A stretch of DNA of 64,000 nt, taken from IMG/VR virus record IMGVR_UViG_3300034407_003683, positions 20,867-84,866 of that record. One strand, written 5' to 3'. A program made the position numbers and the translations under genes. Source of the stretch: a virus. Under the pieces are notes generated by a model, which searched no databases, was not told where the DNA came from, and saw only the letters and a program-made list of their open reading frames with translations. Positions 56,152-64,000 of this stretch are shown here, piece after piece (position 1 is the stretch's first letter; every line of letters begins with the position of its first letter).

Positions 56152-56847
56152 TTATAGTATTCCATTAGCTGGTGGTCTCCAACCAATACTTTCATCTTTC
56201 ATTGGTTTTTCCACAATCTCGCCGCGGCGGCCATACTTTTCAATTACAATATTGTCTGGTAATTTAAACTTTAGATTATCATGCATATGGTGAAGAATAA
56301 ATTCACACCGATGTTCCTTACCAGAACCATTAAAATCTTTAAAGATATTTTGCCACAAAGGCCTCCAATTGTTTGTTAACCTATTGTTATTCATATTACC
56401 TCTATCAGAATTGATATAGATGTCAGTGTAACTTCTTAGATTAAAATCAAAAATTGAATCAAATCCATACATATGGATTCTATCTGCCTTTAGATGTTGA
56501 GCGGCAAAATATACTGCCATGTGACCACAATTTAGATCGGTATAATTTGCAGCATATTTTGGCAATTTGGTATAGAACATTTTAATCTGATGTGACCTTT
56601 GCATATGGAATCCTGGATGTTTTTCCATATACACCTTAGGTCTTGCTCCTAGAATCCATTCTCCAGGCACATCAACATCACCCTTATGAATAGTCTTCAT
56701 CATCTTAAAGTCCACCATGCACGATGCATAGCAATTCTCAATAGGAAATGGTGCTTTATTACACGCTAGTTTTAATCCTTTTCTAGGAGCTTCATTATAG
56801 AATACTGCGGAATCCCCATTACCCACCACATGTACTGTCTTAGCCAC
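56152..56847 (-). CDS. Sialyltransferase/MAF-like Rossmann-fold glycan-modifying protein
   Basis: VHVVGNGDS...LACN, NCGHMAVYFA...RIHMYGFD (GT29/DUF115-like pattern). Confidence 0.6.
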   Translation of the reverse strand: MAKTVHVVGNGDSAVFYNEAPRKGLKLACNKAPFPIENCYASCMVDFKMMKTIHKGDVDVPGEWILGARPKVYMEKHPGFHMQRSHQIKMFYTKLPKYAANYTDLNCGHMAVYFAAQHLKADRIHMYGFDSIFDFNLRSYTDIYINSDRGNMNNNRLTNNWRPLWQNIFKDFNGSGKEHRCEFILHHMHDNLKFKLPDNIVIEKYGRRGEIVEKPMKDESIGWRPPANGIL

Positions 56848-57523
56848 GTAGAGCCTCCATAATTTTCATTTTACCTCTAATCCTATCATTACCTTGTTCA
56901 CCAGTCCAATGCATAATCTTTTTATTTGGACTATCTTCATTATCAGCTTCAACTTGTAGTCGTAACCAATTATATATGTTTGGTAGTTCGGCGATATAGG
57001 TAATCATAGTAATAGGGTTTAACATACTATGTAACACTTCTTGATCACCAACTGCTGGATTTCTTTTTACAGCTTCAGCCCATTGTTTTAGAATATCTGG
57101 TTTCTGATGAAAACCAACAACACCAGAATTGTGCCATTGTTCATTACGCCGTAACAACCATGGTCTATCAATTGCCATTGTAAGTTTATTTGGTTGAATA
57201 TATCTAAACATATTTTCAATATTACCTAGTATTTCACAATCAGTATCAATCCAAAACACATTATGACCTGGTGCGGATAACATTGCAGCTGGTTTATGAA
57301 ACCAACCTTTGTCATAGTTCTCATCACCCTTATTAATATCCATGTAACAAAAAACACCAGCCCTATCATAGACACGTTTTTTCATTTCTTCTGACATACC
57401 AAAATTGGCAACTGCAATTGGTATGGTATTATGCTTAAAATAGTTATCTAAAAACCATGGCAATTGCCATTCAGTTTTTTTATCACATCCAGTAACAATT
57501 AATTTTTCGGGCATCTTAGGCAT
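56840..57523 (-). CDS. GT-A nucleotide-diphospho-sugar transferase
   Basis: IVTGCD, GWFHKP, FWIDTDCEI (DxD), NSGVVGF and GDQEVL. Confidence 0.8.
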   Translation of the reverse strand: MPKMPEKLIVTGCDKKTEWQLPWFLDNYFKHNTIPIAVANFGMSEEMKKRVYDRAGVFCYMDINKGDENYDKGWFHKPAAMLSAPGHNVFWIDTDCEILGNIENMFRYIQPNKLTMAIDRPWLLRRNEQWHNSGVVGFHQKPDILKQWAEAVKRNPAVGDQEVLHSMLNPITMITYIAELPNIYNWLRLQVEADNEDSPNKKIMHWTGEQGNDRIRGKMKIMEALRG

Positions 57524-58166
57524 TGATTATCTCATATCCATCTTTATAATTGTGTTTTGCGATACAGCCGTCTTCTTTCTGAATAGTAGTAAAACTATCC
57601 ACGGCCATACAAACCCAAGGATAATATTCTTGCAACCATGAGAAGTTTTGAAGATTAATAAATGTATCAGCCGGTGCGGCATTAATTAATGCTTTAGCAA
57701 TAAACTTTTTTGCACCAACAGGATTAATCATATAACCATGTGCACCACCAAAGTATTGTTTCTGAACTAGTCCATCAACTCCAAGCTTTATTGGTGTATT
57801 AAATTTACCATATGATGGTTTTGAGAATGTCATACATCCATCAAATTTCTCATTTACTGGGACTGGGCCGGTAATAACAGCATCATGCTCAAAGACTACA
57901 ATTGTCTCATCATTTTCAACTGCCATCTCCCATAGTGAATGATGTGATAAAAAGCACGACATACAATTTTCTAATCGAGAGTATCGTTCAACAAATCCGT
58001 GAGGAGAAATACCTTTCTTATGTAGAATTTCCCATGGTTTGTCTTTAGGAGTATATGCTTTGTGCATATTAACTTCAAGTCCATATTTGGCGGCAGATTT
58101 AATACATCTTTCTGCCGCCTTTACAGACTGAGGATTATCCATAATTGTAATTACAAAGGCTTTCAT
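57516..58166 (-). CDS. GT25-like glycosyltransferase
   Basis: KAFVITI, SCFLSHHSLWE...VVFEHDA, GAHGYMINP.GAKK. Confidence 0.85.
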   Translation of the reverse strand: MKAFVITIMDNPQSVKAAERCIKSAAKYGLEVNMHKAYTPKDKPWEILHKKGISPHGFVERYSRLENCMSCFLSHHSLWEMAVENDETIVVFEHDAVITGPVPVNEKFDGCMTFSKPSYGKFNTPIKLGVDGLVQKQYFGGAHGYMINPVGAKKFIAKALINAAPADTFINLQNFSWLQEYYPWVCMAVDSFTTIQKEDGCIAKHNYKDGYEIINA

Positions 58167-58167
58167 A

Positions 58168-58866
58168 TCAATTCACCGTAGTTGATGGGAGTCCTTGAAC
58201 TCTTGTAAAATAAAGTTTAGTCACACCCAAGTTAGGAATAATTTGCTTACACATTATTGCATCGTTTGGCCAAACACCATGTTCTTTGACTGCCTCAAGT
58301 AAGTTTTTAGCACCCTTAGGTTTAATTATATATGCAGAATTTCCGGCAAGGCCTTGAGGAATATTGAACTCATCAATATCTGGTACTGGTTGTACCCATG
58401 CTGGTTTACTCTGTACAATATCATGGAATTGATGCGCACGGCGCGTAGCTGACGCAGGAGAGTTAATGCCAATGATATCATAGTTACTCTTAAGGATAGA
58501 TTTATAATCTAATTTTTCAATAAACAATGCATCATGTTCCATAATAAGTATTGGTTTATCAATTGTGGTGCATTTATGCCACAACAACCAATGGCTCATT
58601 GCACATGCAATTCTACTATTCTTATTTGATGTCTGATATGCAGACTTAACAAGACCAGTTCTAAGGTCTGTCTCTTTACCTTCCCATGGATATTTCCATT
58701 TAAGACCATTGCCGATCATAATAGTATGTGCCATATCAGGTGTCACAGCATCAAATATATTAATATCAAAATTATTTTTTACTTTTTTTGACGATTTAAT
58801 AAGGTTATTTGTTCCGACCTGTGATGTTTCACTATTTGCTAATGTTATGGCATATGCATCTAACAT
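58168..58866 (-). CDS. GT25-like glycosyltransferase (start corrected to 58866)
   Basis: AYAITL, FDAVTP, ACAMSHWLLW...LIMEHDA, GNSAYIIKPKGAKNL. Confidence 0.85.
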   Translation of the reverse strand: MLDAYAITLANSETSQVGTNNLIKSSKKVKNNFDINIFDAVTPDMAHTIMIGNGLKWKYPWEGKETDLRTGLVKSAYQTSNKNSRIACAMSHWLLWHKCTTIDKPILIMEHDALFIEKLDYKSILKSNYDIIGINSPASATRRAHQFHDIVQSKPAWVQPVPDIDEFNIPQGLAGNSAYIIKPKGAKNLLEAVKEHGVWPNDAIMCKQIIPNLGVTKLYFTRVQGLPSTTVN

Positions 58867-58867
58867 A

Positions 58868-59554
58868 TTAGAAACCTCTGTATCTATTTTTATGCCCTGA
58901 AATTTTATGATTAATATCGGCCTTAATAAAGACAATATCCATCTGATTTACAACATTATGTCTCATTGCAATGTGATCAACTCCAGTTGGAATAAAACCA
59001 TTAGCATACATTGTGTCAATATATTTACTAAAATTTGGTGCACCTTTATTATATGGCATTATTGGCATTTCTAATATTGCTACTTTGGCATGTTCCATTG
59101 CATCAGAGCCACCATTAATAATATCTACCTCAGCACCCTGTGTATCCATTTTAATAAAATCTGGTAAAGGTAGATTCTTTTCTTCAATTACTGTATTAAG
59201 TTTCTTTGTAGTTAACAGTACAGATTTACCTTCGGAATAATTAACAGTTAATTCCTTATAATAACTATCACCAGTACTTGCCTTACCACTATTAGCTAAA
59301 AAGAACTCCACTGTTCTATCATCTGCATCTGATAATACCTGATGCATATACATATCATTATTTAATGAAATTGCACATTTATTATTTGGATTGGCTTCGA
59401 ACATAATATATTTGGCATTAGGAATATGCTTTCGCCATTCCTGGGTCCATCTACCTACATTAGCACCAATATCATATACTACATCAATGTTATATCCAGC
59501 ATTAATTACTTCATTAATAACCGTAGTACAAGGTCTTTCCATATTTCTAGCCAA
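58868..59554 (-). CDS. FkbM-family methyltransferase
   Basis: YDIGANVG, MFEANP, DFIKMDTQGAE and QMDIVF. Confidence 0.9.
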   Translation of the reverse strand: MARNMERPCTTVINEVINAGYNIDVVYDIGANVGRWTQEWRKHIPNAKYIMFEANPNNKCAISLNNDMYMHQVLSDADDRTVEFFLANSGKASTGDSYYKELTVNYSEGKSVLLTTKKLNTVIEEKNLPLPDFIKMDTQGAEVDIINGGSDAMEHAKVAILEMPIMPYNKGAPNFSKYIDTMYANGFIPTGVDHIAMRHNVVNQMDIVFIKADINHKISGHKNRYRGF

Positions 59555-59555
59555 T

Positions 59556-60284
59556 TTATTCTCCTATAATTCCGGCATTTACCAGATCAATATAATTTTC
59601 TTCTCTACTCTTAGGCTTGTGTCTGATGTGTATCATATTAGCCTTTTCCGGATTTGGAAGATAGCTACTGTAATCCCATTTCTCATCCAAATATTTATCT
59701 AGTTTAAAGTTAGCTTTTACACACAGAACATGGAAGATACCTTCATCAACATACGGCCTAGGGCTAATCTGTTCAAATACTTTTCTCATGGCCGGATTAA
59801 TTTGTGCCCTCATTAATTGTCTAAATTCTCTAGGCATAACATAGATGGCACCAGACCACATAGGATAGTTTGGATTGCCCAATCTAGGAAACTCATTAAT
59901 GAATGCAGGTAATTGTCTCTCACGGTGGATCTGATCAAATGGTGCAATGCCTTTTGCTTCAAATACATTTTCGGTACAACTAGTTGTGACAAACTTATCG
60001 GTATCCAATACAACTACTGTATCATAATCATCATATTCTTCATTAATTGCGGCACACTTCTGACACTGACCTCTTAAACCTTTTTGGAATGGTTCTCCAT
60101 CCAAGAGCTTATATTCAGCACCAAGTTTATCGGCATACTTTTTAATATTCTCTACACTCTTTTCTACGATGAATGGTAACCTACCACCACGAGATTCCAT
60201 CTCTTGAATTACATTTGGCCGAAATGGGTGAAAGTGTTGTAGAATAATATTTTTCATTTTATATAGTTCTTTCTGTTTCCACAA
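59556..60284 (-). CDS. GT-A fold glycosyltransferase (start probably MKNIILQH at 60257)
   Basis: YDTVVVLDTDKF, SGAIY and DEGIFH. Paralogous to its neighbours. Confidence 0.75.
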   Translation of the reverse strand: MWKQKELYKMKNIILQHFHPFRPNVIQEMESRGGRLPFIVEKSVENIKKYADKLGAEYKLLDGEPFQKGLRGQCQKCAAINEEYDDYDTVVVLDTDKFVTTSCTENVFEAKGIAPFDQIHRERQLPAFINEFPRLGNPNYPMWSGAIYVMPREFRQLMRAQINPAMRKVFEQISPRPYVDEGIFHVLCVKANFKLDKYLDEKWDYSSYLPNPEKANMIHIRHKPKSREENYIDLVNAGIIGE

Positions 60285-60916
60285 TAATGTACTAGTGTAG
60301 CATCCGGAGCAGCTTCCTCTGGTAGGTCACAAAATCTATCATGAGGAATTTCTAATTTTGTTTTATTATCTAAAATGCCTGATTGCACAATTAAATAATG
60401 CATTATGATCTCATCGTTTGGTGGTAATCCATCGGATGACATACTATTATGTATTACGTCAGTATTCAATTCTTTTCTAAGATTGATTCGTTGTTCTCTA
60501 GTAAATTTAACACAATTGCCAAAGAACATAGGCTGTTGTCTGGTATAGAGTTTTGGCCATTTACGACCATTTTTACTACCACTGATATTTCGCATACCGA
60601 CTTTATGAAGCCGTCCAATACCATTATGAATAAAAATATTATCCAATTTACCAGTAAATAACATATCCATATCTAACATAAGTACATTATCATACTCATC
60701 ATATTTTTCATTCAACATAAAGATTTTTTGAATTACCAACCATGGCTTTGTTTTTGTATTGGGAAACCAGTCACCCATAGGAAATCCTTGAAGCAATTCA
60801 TAATCTGCTCCAATTCTTCTAGAATAGTCTTCAATACTATTTTTACAAATATTTGCCCATCTAGGCATATCACCATGCCAATGCTGTAAAATAATATTTT
60901 TCATTATAGATTCCAT
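60254..60916 (-). CDS. GT-A fold glycosyltransferase (start probably 60904)
   Basis: YDNVLMLDMDM, NDEIIMHY and LVHYCG. Confidence 0.75.
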   Translation of the reverse strand: MESIMKNIILQHWHGDMPRWANICKNSIEDYSRRIGADYELLQGFPMGDWFPNTKTKPWLVIQKIFMLNEKYDEYDNVLMLDMDMLFTGKLDNIFIHNGIGRLHKVGMRNISGSKNGRKWPKLYTRQQPMFFGNCVKFTREQRINLRKELNTDVIHNSMSSDGLPPNDEIIMHYLIVQSGILDNKTKLEIPHDRFCDLPEEAAPDATLVHYCGNRKNYIK

Positions 60917-61722
60917 TCAGAAACAGGTAGATTTACTACTCGTTTAATTTTATCGGCCGGCCAATTATCTGCACCATTTAATTGAATATGTACCATATTT
61001 GCATTTTTTCTTAAATCAATTACTGGCCTTGGTTGTTGTTTATTACCTGGATCAAAGTGGACAGAACTATTCCATTTATAGTCCATGGTCAACCAATCAA
61101 ATGCACATACTTCTAACATTGCATGAAAATAAGGTTGATCACAAGTATAGAATGCCGGCAGATTAAATACTTTAGCCAAATTTACATATTTTGCAAAATC
61201 GTATAACTTTTCTCTTGCTTTTGCCAATCCAGCCTTAGAGTAAATAATAACACCGGTATTATAAACTTTAGGTAGACCATCGGTAGTACGTGGCATTTTT
61301 ACTGGCCACTTTTTTTCAATAAGTGCTACCCATTTTTCATCATTGGCGTTATTAATTCCACCACCAATAGTATATTTTTTTCTGGTCAATGGTGCATTAA
61401 TTTCTTCACAGATACCAATTTCAAAATTAGTACCATAGAATTGTTCAAAAATGTTTTCATTACAAATATCTGTTGGTACAACATCGCAATCTGCATACAT
61501 AATATAATCATATTCAGAATATTCATCTTCGAATATTGGTTTAAATTTACCATAATTTGCAGAATAGGAACCTAAGTCTGTCCTAAATTTTGGATTGTGT
61601 TCGTACTTATGATCTGCCCCAATTCTTTTGGCATACTGTTCCATGGCTTCAATACCAGCCATATTACCAGGTCGTTCAGTACCATCCCAACATTGATATA
61701 TCAGTGTTTTCATAATTACCAC
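60904..61722 (-). CDS. GT-A fold glycosyltransferase (start probably 61713)
   Basis: YDYIMYADCDV, YNTGVIIY, CDQPYF and WN...VHI. Confidence 0.8.
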   Translation of the reverse strand: MVIMKTLIYQCWDGTERPGNMAGIEAMEQYAKRIGADHKYEHNPKFRTDLGSYSANYGKFKPIFEDEYSEYDYIMYADCDVVPTDICNENIFEQFYGTNFEIGICEEINAPLTRKKYTIGGGINNANDEKWVALIEKKWPVKMPRTTDGLPKVYNTGVIIYSKAGLAKAREKLYDFAKYVNLAKVFNLPAFYTCDQPYFHAMLEVCAFDWLTMDYKWNSSVHFDPGNKQQPRPVIDLRKNANMVHIQLNGADNWPADKIKRVVNLPVSEWNL

Positions 61723-62858
61723 TTTGGTGATGTAAGAATATTATTTACATTTAGATTATCTTTCATCTTTTCTGCAATAAACTTTACATCATCAACCAAA
61801 CCTTTATTTAATGTAATGGGTTTAAACCCTAGGCTTTTAAGCCCTTCATTACTCACAGATAGATCATTCTCTGCAAGTTCTTTACGAGGATTATCGACAT
61901 ACTTAATAGTACCACCATACGATTCTGCACACAATTCGGCAAGTTGTTTTACAGACATAACCTCTGAAACTTGATTAAAGATACGAACCTTACCTTTACT
62001 TGGTGGATTTTGTACGGCCAGTGCAACACACCGAGCAGTATCTTCAATATGAATAAAGGCGCGTTTTTGACCACCAATACCATAGACAGTAATATCATTA
62101 CCAGTTGCTGCCTGAGAGATAAAACGATTTAACACAGTACCATAGATTCCATCATAATCAAATCTGTTGGTGAGCGTCTCATGTTTTCTAGTTTGTTCGG
62201 TTTGTGTTCCCCAAACAATACCTTGGTGTAGATCAGTAATTTTAAGCCCCCAGTTCTTATTATAGAATTGGAATAGCAATTGGTCCATAGATTTGGTCAT
62301 ATGATAAACACTACCAGGATTTGTAGGATATAGAATATCAACATCCTTTTCGGTAGAGTTAATCTTTACATTCAGATAACCTTCTGGAATATCGCCAAAC
62401 TCTTTCGAATAACCATATACACCCATTGTACCCAAATGTACCAAGTGAATATCTGGATTTACTTCTACAATTGCAGAAAGAATATTATGTGTGTTGGTGA
62501 TATTATTGTCAACCGTATAGCGCCGAGTTGTAGAATTAATCATTGAGTATGGAGCAGCACGTTGTTCGGCAAAATGGATGATGGTATCTGGATAAAAAAC
62601 AGAAATAATATCTAATAACTCATCATAATTATTAATATCAGTATTGACGATATCAATGCTACCACCAATCATTGCGCGGGCAACTTTAATTCTCTGGCCA
62701 GGGTCACTAATATTGGTAAGTGAATTTGAACCTAGTTCTTTATCAATCTTCCGCCGAACAAGATTATCAATAATGAGAACATCATGACCTTCATCCAATA
62801 ACTTTAACGATGTAGGCCAACCACAGAACCCATCACCACCTAATACAATAATTCTCAT
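61716..62858 (-). CDS. sqdB: UDP-sulfoquinovose synthase
   Basis: GGDGFCGWPT, DNLVRR, HFAEQRAAPYSM, LVHLGTMGVYGY, PGSVYHMTK..DQLLF, DLHQGIVWGT, NRFDYDG.YGTVLNRF and RAFIHI: SqdB/SQD1-specific motifs along the whole length. Confidence 0.93.
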   Translation of the reverse strand: MRIIVLGGDGFCGWPTSLKLLDEGHDVLIIDNLVRRKIDKELGSNSLTNISDPGQRIKVARAMIGGSIDIVNTDINNYDELLDIISVFYPDTIIHFAEQRAAPYSMINSTTRRYTVDNNITNTHNILSAIVEVNPDIHLVHLGTMGVYGYSKEFGDIPEGYLNVKINSTEKDVDILYPTNPGSVYHMTKSMDQLLFQFYNKNWGLKITDLHQGIVWGTQTEQTRKHETLTNRFDYDGIYGTVLNRFISQAATGNDITVYGIGGQKRAFIHIEDTARCVALAVQNPPSKGKVRIFNQVSEVMSVKQLAELCAESYGGTIKYVDNPRKELAENDLSVSNEGLKSLGFKPITLNKGLVDDVKFIAEKMKDNLNVNNILTSPKW

Positions 62859-63649
62859 TCGTCTACTCCAATTTGTTTCATTAATTCTTTTACATCTTCA
62901 CCGCGGTTTGGTAGTTTATCCTTTAGGAAAAAATGTACAAAATTTGCTTCTTTAATTTTACTATTATCTATTGCAGTATAAAGTGCGTTCCATTTCCAAT
63001 CAAGCTTCTGCACGGTCATACCACACGTATTTACCCAGTAATTAAGTAGTGTTTGGTCTGTAGACCATTTCCAACCACCCATACCATCAACAAACTTTTT
63101 AAACTCTTCGCGGCGAATAAATTGTTCTGGTGTCTGTCCATTCAGATATTTTGCAAATGATTTATTCATTACCATCATTCCCATATTCATAAATGGGAAT
63201 CCAGTTGCTTCATTATATTGCCAATTGATTTTTAATTGACCATATTGCATTTTAGAATAATTGGAAATTTTTTGCACATACCATGGTAGAATAGGCATGG
63301 ATGCTTCGACAACTCCACCAAAATCTGCTTCTGGTTTTAGGTCATCAAAAATATTTGGAGCATCTGTACGGATATAGATATCGGCATCAATAATAGCAAT
63401 CTGATCGTATTGGTCAAAATATGAAAAGGCATTTTCCTTCTCATAGATTGGAAGGAATCCACCATGCTTTTCATATGACTCTTTACTACGATTTGTAACA
63501 AAGATATCTGGTTTAATTCTTAATTTTGGTATGGTCTGTACAATATGATCAATATTATGTTTTGCACAATATTCTGCACACGATTGGATACAGTGTTTAT
63601 ATAGTCTAGACTTTGCACCAACAGCAACTTGGTAAATCAATCTTTTCAT
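62855..63649 (-). CDS. GT-A (GT8-like) glycosyltransferase
   Basis: YDQIAIIDADIYI, NMGMMVMN, TDQTLLNYW, WKWNAL and FVHFF. Confidence 0.85.
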   Translation of the reverse strand: MKRLIYQVAVGAKSRLYKHCIQSCAEYCAKHNIDHIVQTIPKLRIKPDIFVTNRSKESYEKHGGFLPIYEKENAFSYFDQYDQIAIIDADIYIRTDAPNIFDDLKPEADFGGVVEASMPILPWYVQKISNYSKMQYGQLKINWQYNEATGFPFMNMGMMVMNKSFAKYLNGQTPEQFIRREEFKKFVDGMGGWKWSTDQTLLNYWVNTCGMTVQKLDWKWNALYTAIDNSKIKEANFVHFFLKDKLPNRGEDVKELMKQIGVDE

Positions 63650-63689
63650 AATTACTCACTTTATTACATAACTAATATTATATATTAAC

Positions 63690-64000
63690 CTAGTTTGTTA
63701 TCATAAATCTCAAATTCTCGTGATCAGGATAGTTCACTACGACTGGACCTTCAGGACACTCATAGTCAATATGTGCCAATAGAATTGCTTCTCCTGGTTT
63801 AATCATATCTTTATGTTCTTGGTCTATTGTAAATGAGAAACCAAACTTATCAATCTTCTCACTTGCCGGACCACTGAACTTTGCTATACTTGGAATTGCT
63901 TTATGGACATGATATTTACTGTCTTTGACTTCAAGTCTGAATCCAGTTACCTTACAATCATCTCTATGCTTTTCTCTTGCAACTACAACATCAAAAGATC
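63690..64000 (-). CDS. 3' end of a hypothetical protein (start outside window)
   Basis: Open frame ...SFDVVVAREKHRDDCKVTGFRLEVKD...HIDYECPEGPVVVNYP...MITN* running off the right edge. Confidence 0.7.
   Translation of the reverse strand, partial: SFDVVVAREKHRDDCKVTGFRLEVKDSKYHVHKAIPSIAKFSGPASEKIDKFGFSFTIDQEHKDMIKPGEAILLAHIDYECPEGPVVVNYPDHENLRFMITN

Noticed and set aside
2929-60661. Remaining 60-130 aa ORFs nested antisense or out of frame within long genes
   Set aside because: No SD or motif support; expected by chance opposite strongly biased coding sequence.
61716-63649. Complete SQDG sulfolipid operon
   Set aside because: Only sqdB is recognisable. The flanking GTs do not show SqdD- or SqdX-specific motifs by eye, and no sqdC was seen.

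Overview
This is a 64 kb segment of a T4-like (Tevenvirales-type) myophage genome, probably marine. The host is uncertain; the sqdB looks alphaproteobacterial and no cyanobacterial photosynthesis genes are present. Left part (1-13000, minus strand): tail-fibre and virion accessory genes. Several of these are strongly enriched in Asp-Ser (DS, mostly DSA) dipeptides. 13126-21236 (plus strand): a very AT-rich island encoding a NodU/CmcH carbamoyltransferase, radical SAM/SPASM proteins, an SGNH-like protein, a methyltransferase and glycosyltransferases. 21214-43900 (minus): more DS-rich virion proteins and the baseplate module (split DUF4815 protein, gp8, gp9, gp7, gp6, gp25, a three-part gp5, a gp27-like hub, gp53, gp48). 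43950-48394 (plus): gp4, gp2, gp54, gp26, a start-less gp51 reachable by a -1 frameshift, and a tape-measure-like gene. 48391-56089 (minus): gp32, gp33, small early genes behind near-identical early promoters, envelope proteins and three tRNAs. 56152-63649 (minus): a second glycan cluster with eight glycosyltransferase-like genes, a FkbM methyltransferase and UDP-sulfoquinovose synthase (sqdB). The two strongest leads are (1) a candidate phage-encoded virion glycosylation system (DS sequons on fibre proteins, about 11 glycosyltransferases, sqdB and tailoring enzymes) and (2) a lambda G/GT-style -1 frameshift joining gp26 to gp51 directly upstream of the tape measure gene. All product calls come from motif recognition by eye. 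No database searches were run, and counts are by hand.
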